In this document: positions 14,336 through 27,954 of the stretch, in pieces
Numbering within the stretch: position 1 is the first letter of the stretch
Layout: each line of letters starts with the position of its first letter
NCBI GenBank assembly: GCA_964016885.1
Contig: OZ024746.1
Span: forward strand, 42,036,001-42,100,000
Direction of reading: 5' to 3'
Origin: Eledone cirrhosa
Taxonomy: Eukaryota
Length of the DNA stretch: 64,000 nucleotides
Notes under the pieces: model-generated
The model's input: only the letters and a program-made list of their open reading frames with translations
Told to the model about the DNA's origin: nothing
The model's database searches: none
Translations under genes and position numbers: made by a program

Positions 14336-14447
14336 TTCAAATCCTGCGAGGTTAACTTTGCCTTTCATCATTACGGGGTCGATAAAATAAAGTACCAGTA
14401 ATGCACTGGGTAATTGCTGGCCTTGTGCCTAAAGTAGAAACAATTAT
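14336..14447 (+). mobile_element. SINE family 1, 5'-truncated
   Basis: Body and tail match; ATATATAAATCATAT on both sides resembles a target-site duplication. Confidence 0.8.
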
Positions 14448-14754
14448 ATATAAATCATATGACAGTTGTGCTAAATGCTGTGACTAGGCACATAAATGTG
14501 TAAGAACATGATTCAGGTTTATATGTGGCTTTGCCAAAACAGCCCCTTTGAGAATGTTCTGTAAAAAGGAAGACCTGTTCATTCTGGTAAATTATCAAGG
14601 TTGTCGAAAATGGGTCAGATGATAAAAAAAATGGGAGAATTGCATTACTAAGCCAATATAGCTAGAAATATTATTTATTCCCACCCTACTTCTGAGAATT
14701 GGGATATTCAAACTTCTTATAACATTTGACCCTAAAATATACATGAAAAATATC

Positions 14755-14760
<6 letters not shown>

Positions 14761-14820
<60 letters not shown>

Positions 14821-14878
14821 CTCTCTCACTCTCTCTCACACTCTCTCTCTCTCTCTCCTTCTCTCTCCCTCTCTCTCT
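14761..14878. repeat. (CT)n/(CA)n microsatellite
   Basis: Direct inspection. Confidence 0.95.
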
Positions 14879-15291
14879 TTATATATATAAAGATATAATA
14901 AACTGAGGATGTACACATGGTACCATCTCTCTCCATTTATACAATATACATACATATATATCGTACCTATAGCTAGAGATAGAGAGAAAGGATAAGAAAC
15001 AAAGGCAAGGAGGGATAGAGAGGAATGTAGATATTCTTACATATAAATTTATGTATTTTAATGTTTATGTAAGGCAAATATAAATTTTGATATGCATAAA
15101 TACATAGAATTGTACTTTTACAGTAAATCATTCTATCTTTTTCATAAATATATCTGCTAACATACACATACACATATGCACACGCACACTTGCATACACA
15201 CACATACACACAGAAACACACACACACACATTCTTTATCATAGTTAAGTGGTATGTTTTGTTAATCTGGATTTTACCCTGTGCTCTTACAG

Positions 15292-15358
15292 GATCATCAG
15301 AGAAGACTATCTATTCAATGGAAGAGTCAGCATAAATAGGAGAAAATATAGAAGTGTG
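15292..15358 (+). CDS. Possible small internal exon (IIREDYLFNGRVSINRRKYRSV)
   Basis: Pyrimidine tract plus TTACAG acceptor, one open frame, weak GTG/GTATTT donor. Confidence 0.25.
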
Positions 15359-15491
15359 GTATTTTTTAATGGGATGTGTATGTAAGGAGCACATACACAT
15401 CCCATTTAAAAACAGCCATCCCTAGTTTCACAGCTAGCTTTCCATTCATTCCTTATTTACATAACATTGCAATGACTACACACTCCACTAT

Positions 15492-15527
<36 letters not shown>

Positions 15528-15532
<5 letters not shown>

Positions 15533-15722
15533 GAAGGAAATGTGGTAAGGAACCAGATGGACCATAACGCACCAAAGTACTCAATACTTAGGGTAGTAGA
15601 GTGGGTAATAGGAACAAGTAGGACCCCGACGGCTGAGCTCAAGCCATTTCGACAGCTAATTCAGTCCAGAATTAGCCATCGAAACGGCTTGAGCTCAGCC
15701 GTCGGAGTCCTACTTGTTCCTA
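15528..15722. mobile_element. Mini fold-back derivative of the PLE-1 pseudo-LTR in (TA)n
   Basis: Matches 21403-21536; arms 15609-15661 and 15670-15722 are inverted. Confidence 0.88.
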
Positions 15723-15911
15723 TATATATATGTATGTGTGTGTAGAAAAAGAGTCTCACTGTCTGAATATAGCAAGTGAATAAAACACTTCAATCAACTG
15801 AGACTACTCTCACATTTTCATGACCAAAACTAACTTCAGAATGATTTAAGCCTGGTAGTTGGAATGGACCTTATCTATAAGCCAACTTGGTAAAACCAAT
15901 GGACATGCTTT

Positions 15912-16765
15912 GGGCAGTATCGGTAGAGGGTCGAACACCATGCTTTCCAGCATAGTTACGTCGCTTTACGGTCTGAGTTCAAATTTCGTCGAGGTTGACT
16001 TTGCCTTTCATCCTTACGGGGTCGATAAAATAAAGTACCAGTAATGTACTGGGTAATTGCTGGCCTTGTGCCAAAAGTGGAAACAATTATTTCTCATCAG
16101 CAGTGGATTGGCAGCATGCTCAGACAACATGCTTAGTTGCATAGAGTTATGGCCCTTTATTTTCCGAGTTCATGTCCCACCAAAGTCAACTTTGCCTTTC
16201 ATTCATCCTTATGAGGTCAATAAAATAAAGTAATCGACTTTCCTCTCTCCAAAATTGTTGGATTTGTGTCTAAGTTAGAAATCATTATTTCTTCTCAGCG
16301 GTGGATTGGCAGTATCGGTAGAGGGTCGGACACCATGCTTTCCAGCATAGTTACGTCCCTTTACGATCTGAGTTCAAATCCCGCCGAGGTAGACTTTGCC
16401 TTTCATCCTTACGGGGTCGATAAAATAAAGTACCAGTAATGCACTGGGTAATTGCTGGCCTTGTGCCTAAAGTAGAAACAATTATTTCTTCTCAGCAATT
16501 TCTTCTTCGGGCGGTGGATTGGCAGTATCAGTAGAGGGTCGGACACCATGCTTTCCAGCATAGTTACGTCCCTTTACGATCTGAGTTCAAATCCCGCCGA
16601 GGTTGACTTTGCCTTTCATCCTTATGGGGTCAATAAAGTACCAGTAATGCACTGGGTAATTGCTGGCCTTGTGCCTAAAGTAGAGACAATTATTTCTTCT
16701 CAGCAATGGATTGGTAACATTGTTAGTATGTTGGACAACATGCTTAGTTGCATAGAGTTATGGAT
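15912..16765 (+). mobile_element. Head-to-tail array of about 5 SINE family 1 copies
   Basis: Units start near 15912, 16100, 16298, 16509 and 16705; 16298 and 16509 are nearly identical. Confidence 0.9.
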
Positions 16766-17464
16766 CAACCCATGCCTTGGGGAGAACTGTACCAGTAATT
16801 TAAAGAGCCATGGTAGTAGTTGTTGTACTAGTATTAGGAGTAGTAGTAGAAGTAGTACGGTGTAGGTGAGAGAGTTAGAGTGACATGATAAGGGTAAGAT
16901 AGAGGTAGAAATATGGGTTATGAGAATATGGGTGATTGAATACAACTGAAAGAACACATAGCTTCCCTATGGCAGGGGTGATAAATAGTTAAGTAGCACA
17001 TAGGGCAGTATATGGAGGCTTAAAATGGCTGTAGCAATAGCTGGGGGAAGAGAAAACTGAACAAGTATTGGGCTAGTGCATTCTTTATCAACTCCGGAAA
17101 GAGGAAATGCTTAGCAGAGCTCAGCAAGATTTGAAATCAGAGTACAGAAAGCCAGATCAAATATAGCAAACTGTTCTATCTGATGCACCTATCACACTGC
17201 TAATCTTATATGTTCTGTATTTCATTATTTTTCATGAAAGACACTGCCTATAATTTTCCAATCTTTTTGAAAGTAATCAAGAATCTGGAAGAATTTAGTA
17301 TTCTCATTATTAAGCTGGTGTTAACAAAGCTGCTGCTGCTGCTTCTTCTTCTTCTCCTTCTCCTCCTCCTCCTCCTTCTTCAGAGGGTCATGGCAGCAGG
17401 GGCTTCAAACACTCATTCCGGCAGGTCCTGTCAGAGACCAACCAAATGTTCACACTGAGGCAGG

Positions 17465-17578
17465 TGTTTGAAAAATTGTGGGGGTATTGCCAAGAGGTGT
17501 ATTCTTGCTTTGTAGACCTCAAAAGGGCATATGACCACATTCCACAGGACTTGCTGTGGAAAGTTGTGCAGGAGTGAC
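17465..17578 (+). mobile_element. Non-LTR reverse transcriptase fragment
   Basis: Translates to CFVDLKRAYDHIPQDLLWKVVQE (FxDLxKAFDxV motif). Confidence 0.7.
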
Positions 17579-17599
17579 AAAGGTTCTTATATAAAATTA

Positions 17600-20500
17600 T
17601 AATGGAGGGTTTTTAGATCAATATAAATACTTTTAAACATAGTGGCATTTTCAGTGGGTTTGGTATCAAAAGGTTTAATTACAGCAACGACAAGTTGGTC
17701 AAAGTTTTTACTGATATACAGTGTCACATGCAGAGTTTTACACTGTACAAAGTTTCAACTGAATTGGCCAACATGGAAGTATAATAGAAAGCAACAATAT
17801 TTGATTGGTGAACAGCTTATGACAGAAGTTTGATAGGAAGGTGAATGCAGTAACAAATCCAACTGAACAACAATATATCTATCTCATTCTGGATGACAAA
17901 GAAAATAGTATCAACACATAGGAAGGAGAGGGATAAAAGTTTAATGATATCATTAATAACAAAAATGGCAATGCAAACAATAGCTATAAGAGTATCAGTA
18001 GTCTTAACTAAAACTTTGTAATCCCAAAATATTTTGAAACATCTAAGTTACATCTTTTTATTTGAAGAATTATGAATAAATAATTAGATGGCAGTATCTT
18101 AGTTTTTGAAATTTTTATTTCCTTTGAGAGGATAATATCAGAGCAGCAGTTAGTAATATATGAGTATTTGTATGCATTCATGTATATATGTATATGAACA
18201 TGCATACACATTTGTGATTGTGTGTGTGGATCTAGATGTATGTGTCTGTGTTGACACTTCCACTCATGCATGCATTATATACTGTGCTTACAGCAATGCC
18301 AAGATATATACTAGTGATTATCTTCACAAGTATCACTAACATGACTTCAATAATTATCTGGAGAATAAATCTGCTAACATGCCTCTGACAGCAACATTTT
18401 GAGACAGAAAACTTCCCAGGAAGGCTTTTACCAATGTAAAAGTAAAGACAACAAAGGAAACCAAATACAAATAACAAAGAAACAGTAAAATATACAGAAT
18501 AATTATAATACCTGATAAGAAATTGCAAGAGAAGAACATTTATGTGTTGCAGCTGCTGGTTTCGCAACCTTGTTAAATAGATTGGATTGCAGTAACAAGC
18601 ACTTTATTACAAGCGTTTTTTTATTTTGCTAGCCTTTTATATAAAACAAGCAAATACAACAGATAATTTATGACTCCATTGGGATTTATAAGTATTGGCA
18701 TTTGGAGAATATTGCAGGAAATTATCTGCTGGTAAAGATGAAGTTTATTTCACTGAGTGGATGAATTTAGTTTTAAAATGTTAAAGGTGTATCAAGTTAT
18801 CAAAATAAAATGTTTTGTTAATTAATTTTGTCATTTATTCCAATGTCAGTGAGGCATGTTGTGAAGATTACATAAAAAGGATATTATGTTCTTGAAAAAG
18901 AGAAAGAAATTGAATAAAAAGAAAGACTAAGAAATGTAAATCTAAATGAAACAGGCTTATTTAAAGTAATCGTCATATTTTGAAGCAATTTCTGAGGTTT
19001 ATTCATTTATTTTCTACCATTCTGTTTGCCTTTCTCAATTAAACTCATATATGAAACATTTTAGACTGTGAATGTTATTTGTTGCTATTGAGTTGTTATA
19101 GATATAGTTTTTGTGGCTGTTGTTTTCGTTATTTTTATATTTGTCTATTGTCTGTGTGAGCACTGCTTGATCAAGCCTATGACATGAAGTTAGAAGATAG
19201 GTGAATGACACATTTAAATCAGTAGTTCTCAGAGGCCTGGATGACATTCCTATCCTTGCAGTCCCAAGTTTCCTCAACTTCTCCCCATTTTGAATAGTCA
19301 TTATTAATTTTTTATCTGAACACCATATAAACACAAGCTTTCCAAATCTCAATAATGTATAGTCCCAAACTGCATTACCTCTGAAGGAACAGTTGTTTGT
19401 GAATTGTTAATTCTTGCTCAACCATATAGTTAGGTGTATTGATATTTCCTTTGATATATACAGACACAGTCCATCTGACAGGCTTCCAAACTGTTTCTGT
19501 CTACTTAATTTCATTCACAAGGTGTGTGTCAACCTCAGGCTAAAGTAAATGATATTTTCTGAAGATTGCTCTACATTCTGAGTTCAAATCATGCTGGAGT
19601 CAATGCTGCCTTTTTCCATTGGGTGGTATTTGCCTTTCTGCTCAGCATAGTATTTGTTCTGGCTCTTTGATTTTTAATTCATGGGAAATAGTATTAATCT
19701 GCTGCTCAGTTTAACACTACCAACTGACACCTTGGCTATCTTTAGAAGAGGTAACTCTGTTTGAAGCATTCAAACCAGGTCTCTAATTTTAGGGTACCTT
19801 ACTCCCTGTGTAGGAGCAGTATTTGAGGGCTATAAGTGTTGCTGTCCTTCTCTCTTTGATTAAAACTGTAAATTGAAAAGAAAAAGAAAAGACCCCTTAC
19901 ATGAAAAAAATAAAAAAGTAATTATGGTTGTAAGAATCAGTCATATTGCTGTAGTTGTGATGATGATAATGAATGTAATCCTGATTATCAAAATGATGCT
20001 CAGGATGATGAGTGGACAGTTGTAATTTTGGCGATGCTGGTGGTAATGATGAGGATAGGAAGACTAATGTGGGTGGCAATGTTATAAATGGGAGCAATGT
20101 AGATAATGATGGGTTGGAGGATTAAGTAGTTATGATGTGAAGCATGGGGTCGATGATCCTGAGGATAAGAAGATTAGTAGTGCTGGTGATGATGGTGTTG
20201 TTGACGGGAAAAAGAATGTTCATGAGGATAGAAATGATAAGGATGAGGAGATTGGGAATGTATATGATAATGTTAACAAATAAAACAGTAAATGTTGAAA
20301 AAAAATGAAATATGATAATAAAATATAATTTTCTGGGTTCGTTTAACTTGGCATTATTCTATAATTGAATAAGAATCCCAATAAAAGAAACTTTTAATAC
20401 TTCAATAGAGAAAAAGATGTCTATCGTTGATTAGATAGAAGCAGTAATATATGATGCTTTATTGCCTATAATAGTTTTAGATGAGAATATTTTTTTAACC

Positions 20501-20900
20501 TTGTGTTCAGGCTTAGCTAATTGATCATAATATCTTGTAAGACAAAGAAAATAGGTAGTGGTAATAATTGCATGGTTCATGGGAAAGGTAGTGAAACTAT
20601 TGTAGTGAAAGTCAGTAAGCCAGGAGAGATAAACTAAGATATCATTAGTTAAAAAAAAAGAAAATGAGTATTTAAGAATCCTGATACCCATAATTTGAAT
20701 GACAACAAAAGTGAGGAAAATATAGAAGAGTTTTATTAGATGTTACTGAACAAAGTGAAAGAAATAGGCAAAAGAGTTGATTCTGTAGGGCCAACAGCAG
20801 AGGTGTGTGTGAAGATATTGAACAAGCTAATTAAACCAAAGGCAAGGAAAGCTGCAAGTAGAATTACTACATATCTCACAATGCTTCATATTAAATACAA
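17600..20900 (-). pseudogene. Possible decayed class A GPCR-like coding relics
   Basis: Hydrophobic broken frames: YVVILLAAFLAFGLISLFN, YFLCLTRYYDQLAKP, YSVYFTVSLLFVFGFLCCLYFYIGKSL, NFDQLVVAVIKPF. Confidence 0.3.
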
Positions 20901-21082
20901 AAGTAAATGGACGACAACAAATCAAACAATACAGTACAAGGAAGATATATTACTTTATCAGAAGATAGAATTAAAAATAAAAGAATAGGAAGACAGAGGA
21001 GAATGAGACAACGAAGAAATGTGAAAAATAATTTTTTGGAGAATAAGTATGTATGTGTTCAATTCACCATTTTTGGAAAGTG

Positions 21083-21240
21083 TGTCATCATCATCATCAT
21101 CATCATCCATCTTCCACGCTAGCATGGGTCTGGACGGGAATTGTCCCACTTGAGGCAAGATTGGTTGTCTTGTTCAGGACTGTCTGGCGGGTTTTCTACG
21201 GCTGGATGCCCTTCCTAACACCAACCACGTTTACAGTGTG
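21083..21240 (-). mobile_element. RTE-A 3' UTR / RTE-related short element
   Basis: Near-identical to 11280-11450. Confidence 0.85.
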
Positions 21241-21495
21241 TGTGTATATATATATATATATATGAATGAAACTGTTCTAGTCCTGTAGAAGCCATTTCTA
21301 TATTAAATATGATGTTTACACTCTACTAATGTATTGAGTACCTTTTTAACTGTGGTTACCCCTATTTTAACTCAGGATCTACATGTATATATATATATAT
21401 ATATAACGAAGGAAATGTGGTAAGGAACCAGGTGGACCATAACGCACCAAAGTACTCAATACTTAGGGTATTAGAGTGGGTAATAGGAATGAGTA

Positions 21496-21593
21496 GGACC
21501 CTGACGGCTGAGCTCAAGCCGTTTCGACGGCTAATTCTGGACTAAATGAAAATTTTTATCCTGGTATATGAATAGCCGAGCTTCTCAGGGGGT
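21496..21593 (-). ncRNA. Hammerhead-like motif in the PLE-1 pseudo-LTR (variant core)
   Basis: ACCCC-CTGAGAAG..CGGCTA..TAGCCG-TC-GAAA-CGGCT-tgagctc-AGCCG-TC-AGGGT; core is one nt short of CUGANGA; second copy at about 25340-25436 (+) reads CTAAGAAG. Confidence 0.5.
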
Positions 21594-22714
21594 AATTCCA
21601 TATATGGTAAAAGTGATTGTCACAAGGATTGGTCAAAAGTTGTTGTTGAGACACATAATTCTATGGCAATTTGTGGAAAGAAGGGTAATTGAACCTGCCA
21701 GTAGAAGAAAGAGGGAGAGGGGGTGGAGGAAACCCAGTCGTGCGTTGATAGTGCCAACTACAGCAGGGCAGGAGGTCAAGGAAGTATACTAGGGAGGAGG
21801 AGTGGGAGGAAGTAGAAACAATAAGTAAAACAATATGGGGTAAATATATAGAAGAATACCGAGAATGTTAAAAAAACAATTTCTGGTTACTATTCCCTAA
21901 CGACAGCCATCAAGTCTCTCAATGGTACTGCTAGACTATAGAAAAGTTTACTAGGTGGGACGGAATTATAATGAGACCCTTTTAAGAGGTAGTAGTAATC
22001 AACCGAGTATATCTTACGGTGACGGGTCAACAAGTGGGGGGGGGGGGGCAAAATACTAGAGAAACTACCACGAAATAATAATTCAGAGTCCCGAGACTAA
22101 TACGAAATAATTGTTTCTACCCTAGGCACAAGGCCAGCAACCACCCAGTGCAAAAAATAAACTAATACGAAATAATAATTCAGAATCCCGAAAAAGAATA
22201 CTAATACTAACTCTAAGGGTGCCGCTATGATACAAAAATTCTAGTGCAAACTACATAAATGCTCGTACGAAGTATATGAAAAATTTGATACGGAAAATTA
22301 ATTCAGAATCCCCCCCTCCAAAAAAAAAATACTGATATACGAGAAATTAAAGCAAAGATACCACTAAGAAATGTAGAAAGCACGGAAAAGGGGCAGCCAT
22401 CGGATAAGAAAGCAAGTATCCGGGGTCTATCACATCTTCTATAAAAAGCGGAGTCGGCCAATTGTATCATAGAATAGGGGAAGGGGGTGGGGTTACTGAG
22501 GCTACAAAGGACCGAGGGGCTGCCTCGGGTGGGCGAGAAAGTGAAAAAGACGACGACAAAGAAAGAGGACTGGGGTGGAAGGACTAGGAAGGGATGGGGG
22601 AAGAAGGAAATATAGAGGAAGCGATAAAAAGATATAAAAGAAGATCTTACGTCTACCTTTGCAAGCAGGGGTTACCCATTACAAAGTCGGCAAGTGGGGT
22701 GTTACAGCCCTTGT

Positions 22715-24870
22715 CTAACCCCCCCCCCCCCCCGGGTCATTATGGGGTTTGAGGGCGAGGTAAGTTCTACGCAATCTGTGTTTGCATGCAGTTACCAGTT
22801 CGTCTTTCTTATTTAGGAGTTGGTCCATCGAAAACAACATTTGTAAAGTTTCCTCCGAGCATAAATTGCACGCACGGCGTCCTCCCGTGTAAGAGTTGGC
22901 TATGGACAGTAAGCTCCAAGTGAGATCATAGGTAATATTGTTATCCTTGAGGTCCCAGATGTGGCCCGAAAGTGTGGTGGCGTGACGGCGGGCCGGGTTT
23001 CGGAAGGTATATCTGTGTTGGTATAGCCGGGTCTTGAAGTCACATGCAGTTAATCCTATATAAGCTGTGTTAGAGGTGTCCGTCCTCACGTTGCACTGGT
23101 AGATCACATTACGATCTCTGCATGTCGAGGGGGAAAATGGATCCATCAGGACAGTTGCACCTCCTGGTCGGCTCTCCACTGCTATTTAGGTTATTTCTTC
23201 CATAGGGTCGAGTTTTTTGTTGTTAGAGGAGACGATGTTTTGTGCAAAGTTTGGTGTGGTGCTGTAGGAGAGTTTGATGGTATTTTTGTTAATTATGTTG
23301 TGGTAGCGGTGTTGTAGTGGGAAGTGTTTTTCGATGAGCCTAAAGAAGATTTTCCCAATAGGAGTTGTCACCTCGGCGTTGTGGGGAGGATTGAACCATA
23401 TTACATTGCGTGAGCGGCGGTGTCGCCTGCTGGTTCCGCTAATGGAAGCTGGACAGTAGGATATTTCCTCCCGGAAACCACTCCGCTTGAGGGCCTGGTT
23501 GTAATAAGGCGCATGTTCCTCGAATATCTGCTCATTAGCGGACAAACGAGATATGCGGAGGGAGATGTTTTTAACCAGGTTATTGGTGATGTTCCTAGGA
23601 TGGTTTGACCGGCGGTGGATGTAGTGCAGGTTGTCGTTGGGTTTCCTGTATGGGTAGTACAGATCATTATCGAGGTCAAGGGTAACGTCCAGTAAGTTTA
23701 CTCGGGTCAGGGACGTTTGTAGGGTTATTTTAAATCCCCAGTCGCGGAAGAAGCTGATTAATTGTTTACGGACCCGGTCTGTACTACTGAGGTTGTACCC
23801 TTTAAGGGTAAGGAGTCCATCATCACGGTACAATCCACCGCCGAATGCAGGAAACATATCGGTGAGTTTAACTAGTAGGAATAATCCTATAAGATCTGTG
23901 ACCTCAGCCGAATCCGTCGCGCCCATGCTGACGTCGAAGGGTGAGTCGGGAGCTCTCTTTATCCATTTGGAGTTGTCGAAGAGTAGGACTGTCTTCCTGG
24001 CGTGGAGGATGATGTTTCTTTCCTGGTCGGTGATGGGCGCAAGTGTTTCGGCAAAGTCCAAGGCAGCCGTAAGTAGCGGTAAGGTAATTGAAGCATAGTA
24101 ACTCTCTATGTCAAGCTGGATGAATTTTGTGTCTCGTTTGTCCTCCATATTGCTGAACCATGAGATTACTTCCTGGGTGTTGACCCATAGGCTAAGTCTG
24201 GCGTGTTGCTTAACTTTGGGTATAACGCGGTCTAGGATTTTTTTGCTGATTCTCCCTATGTCAGACTTCGTTGGGTTTATAAGCCTGATAGAAGGTTTAC
24301 GGTCGAAATCGGATTTGTGGTCCTTCAGTGTGAAGTAGGGTGTCCGTGGGTCTAGGGGTTCCGTGCGGTCAGCGACCCCGAGGCAGGAGGTAATTTGTTG
24401 TCCATCTCGATTTATGTCCTCGATGCAGGAGTAGTTAGCCTTTTTATAGGTGGAGTTTAGGCTGCTATGATCAGTGTGTGGTATCTGTCGGGGTTGACGA
24501 AGTAGAGGTTACCAGTTTTATCCGAGTGCACCATGATGTCATTGGTGTTATCATACTCTGTTAAGTTGCTACGGAGTTTTTGTAGGAATCGGTTGTGTCT
24601 GGGTTTGAATTTAATGTTCTTGACCAGTTGGAAAAGTCATTCTCGAAAGGTGAGAGCATAGGGTTCGGAGGGGGAGATTTGTAGGTATTAAATCCGAATC
24701 TCTCCTTGGTACCGAAGTCCTGATTGTCGCAATATCTGTCGTAGAAAAAAGTTCTCCATCTAAGTCTTTTCGCAAAGAGGTCGATTTTTTGCGTGAGCAT
24801 CCGAAGGTAAAGTCTTTTTCAGTGGAACTGGGATGTTCTTGGTGGAGAAGTCGATGTTGTGTTTTCGCAT
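22715..24870 (-). pseudogene. PLE-1 polyprotein (RT plus C-terminal GIY-YIG endonuclease), several frameshifts
   Basis: FSTKNIPVP, KRLRWRTFF, SDKTGNLY, LKDHK..RLINP, QLDIESYY, MGA..SAEVTDLIG, YRDDGL, WFNPP, CNC..PL, VIY..AYIG..FKTRLYQH, CNLCSEE, CKH. Confidence 0.92.
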
Positions 24871-25447
24871 GGTGCGGGTGAAAGAACTTGAGCTTAGCGG
24901 AAAAGTCTGGATACGGCGTGGTAGGGTCGGAAAGTGCTCTACTACGAGAATAGGAGCTAGATAACGAAGGAAATGTGGTAAGGAACCAGGTGGACCATAA
25001 CGCACCAAAGTACTCAATACTTAGGGTAGTAGAGTGGGTAATAGGAACGAGTTTTTTTAACATTCTCGGTATTCTTCTATATATTTACCCCATATTGTTT
25101 TACTTATTGTTTCGACTTCCTCCCCCTCCCCCTCCCTAGTATGCTTCCTTGACCTCCTGCCCTGCTGTAGTTGGCACTATCAACGCACGACTGGGTTTCC
25201 TCCACCCCCTCTCCCTCTTTCTTCTACTGGCAGGTTCAGCTACCGCTTCCTTCCACAAATTGCCATGATAGAATTATGTGTCTCAACAACAAACTTTTGA
25301 TCAATCCTTGTGACAGTCACTTTTACCATATATGGAATTACCCCCTAAGAAGCTCAGCTATTCATATACCAGGATAAAAAATTTCATTTAGCCCAGAATT
25401 AGCCGTCGAAACGGCTTCAGCTCAGCCGTCAGGGTCCTACTCGTTCC

Positions 25448-25480
<33 letters not shown>

Positions 25481-25643
25481 GTATTGCCTGTGGCATATAA
25501 CAAAATCAGATTTTCATCTGAAGATACCATTCACATAACGATAACAAATGCATAAATTACATCTGGGATTGCATAAGAGAACTGTTGAAATAATTATTAT
25601 GAATAAATGATTTATGTAACATCAGCATCTTTCTTAATGTTAT

Positions 25644-25680
<37 letters not shown>

Positions 25681-25861
25681 AATATGTGTGTGTGTGTGTG
25701 TGTATGTATGTATATATATATATATACAATGCATAATCGCTTTTGGTGTATAAAGAAAATTATTTTTGGTATTTATATGTTTATTCAATTTTGTATATCA
25801 AATATATTTTTTGTTATCAAAAAGTCTTCCCTTAAATGTTTCTTCTGTGTTCCAAGCAAGG

Positions 25862-25928
25862 ATTGAATTTCAAAGCTCTTATGAAGATGACTACAGAGAT
25901 GTATTGGAGAGAGGAAATTACAGAAAAT
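25862..25928 (+). CDS. Possible small internal exon (IEFQSSYEDDYRDVLERGNYRK)
   Basis: TTTCTTCTGTGTTCCAAG/CAAG acceptor region, open hydrophilic frame, strong GTAAGT donor at 25929. Confidence 0.35.
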
Positions 25929-26496
25929 GTAAGTCAATGAATCGAATGATAGTGATGGTAGTGGAAAGACAATTTTAACAAAGCTAGTACAAGATAAAAC
26001 CAAATGTTAGATTGCTTTACAACATGGTACCAGAGATCTTATATTTGCTGTGAATCCTTCAGAAGAGAAGTATTATGCATAGAACAAACAAACTCTTGTT
26101 TACGTTTAATAATCCAGAGAAGACTACATATCCTGGAATTTGATGGGCAAATAAGAATGCTAAGTTAATTTAAATAATGTGTGTTGTCCATTAGATATAT
26201 GTTGTGCTTCAAATCATTGCTCTGATAAACTACATATATGAGGAAACGTTTAGGGCATACCTGAGTTTTGGTTAAGATTTAGCTCTCAACACTTTTTTTA
26301 TATTCTTAAATATAGCCAAAGTATCAAGGACCAAATTGACCATTCCTCCAGAATACAAGAGGGATCAAATTAGTGACCTTTCTGCAGGTGCTTATACGAT
26401 TGAGCAGTGTTTTCTTTTTTCCTTTACAAACCTACGGATATTGCTGCATACACATATACACAAGCACACACATATATGTGTGCGTGTGTGTGTATG

Positions 26497-26539
<43 letters not shown>

Positions 26540-27954
26540 GTGTATATAATGGTAGCTATGGTGCTCCCATAGGCGGTATGCAAAAATTAGCACTCAATAT
26601 TCTTACAGAGCAGAGTGTGAATAGTATAAAAAACGAAAAATCAGTGATGCATCTGGACTCGGTTTATTGCGTGTTACAATTGTTTCACCGGCAGGTAGCT
26701 CGAGACATGATCACTGTATGAATCTGGCTGATTCTACGGCTGCAGGATCCTAGGACACGGGCAGTTCTTTCGGAGCAAATTTTCTCACTGGGGTGTTATC
26801 AAAAAACACCTTATAAAAACATCTTCCACTCTTGTCATGCCATTGGCTGTTGTTTTTCTACGTCATCATAAATTCTGGTTACTATTTACTGCTACACTGG
26901 TCATCAGCCATTTTCCGTCCGACATACTTCAATGGAGCCAAGCTGGGTTTGGTATTTCACACGTCTGTTCACACTCCCGAGTATGTATCCACATATACAC
27001 ACACACACATACATACGCGCAGGCACACACACATGCATGCATACACATATGTACGCACACATGTGTAGACACATGCATGTGTAGACACATGCATGTGTAG
27101 ACACATGCATGTGTAGACACATGCATATACACACATACACTCTCCCTCTCACATACAGACCACCACATGCCTATTGGCGCCTGCCTAAACAGCCCCTTAC
27201 ATCCGGTCTCACATGCACGCATATGCACACACACGCGCAGACTCACACGTACACGCATACAAAGACACATATCGGCGTTCGGGCACATCTGCACATATAT
27301 ACACAAACACTCTCAGACACGTACATAGATACACACACACATATCCTTATGGATAGGCATCAAGGACAGACACACTTCTAAGGACATAAGTACGCATACA
27401 CACACATACACAGACCTGTACATATATCTACACACAAGTACATGTACCCGCATATAAACACATAGACAAACCCTTCCTATGTGGGTGTACGTACGCACCC
27501 ACACTCGCACACCCCCACTGACAGATACACACACCATGTATATATATGTGTGCGTACATAGACACACACACATACACACGCATGCAGGCACACACACATA
27601 CACATATATGTATACACACATATATATATATATACATGTATATACACACATACACATACATACTTATACACACATGCCTATATGTGTACACACACACACA
27701 AACAAACACATATACACACACATATATCTACGCATATCCTTATATACATATATATACACATACACATACATACAATATACACATACATACACATAAATAC
27801 ATAGACACACACATACACACACATATATATATAACTCTACATGCATACACATACCCACATATATATGTATATACATATATACTTACGCACACAGACACCC
27901 ACATGCACACACATGCACATATGCATATGTGCTTACACACACATGCTTACACAT

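Larger units (their letters stand above)
21403..25450 (-). mobile_element. Penelope-like retroelement PLE-1 (Naiad-like), near complete, in (TA)n
   Basis: RT plus GIY-YIG ORF; 3' pseudo-LTR about 21403-21877; direct partial copy 24961-25052; inverted copy 25053-25450; TA runs at both ends. Confidence 0.92.

Noticed and set aside
20740-20988. Lys-rich plus-strand ORF
   Set aside because: No recognisable motifs or splice support; it is antisense to a hydrophobic frame.
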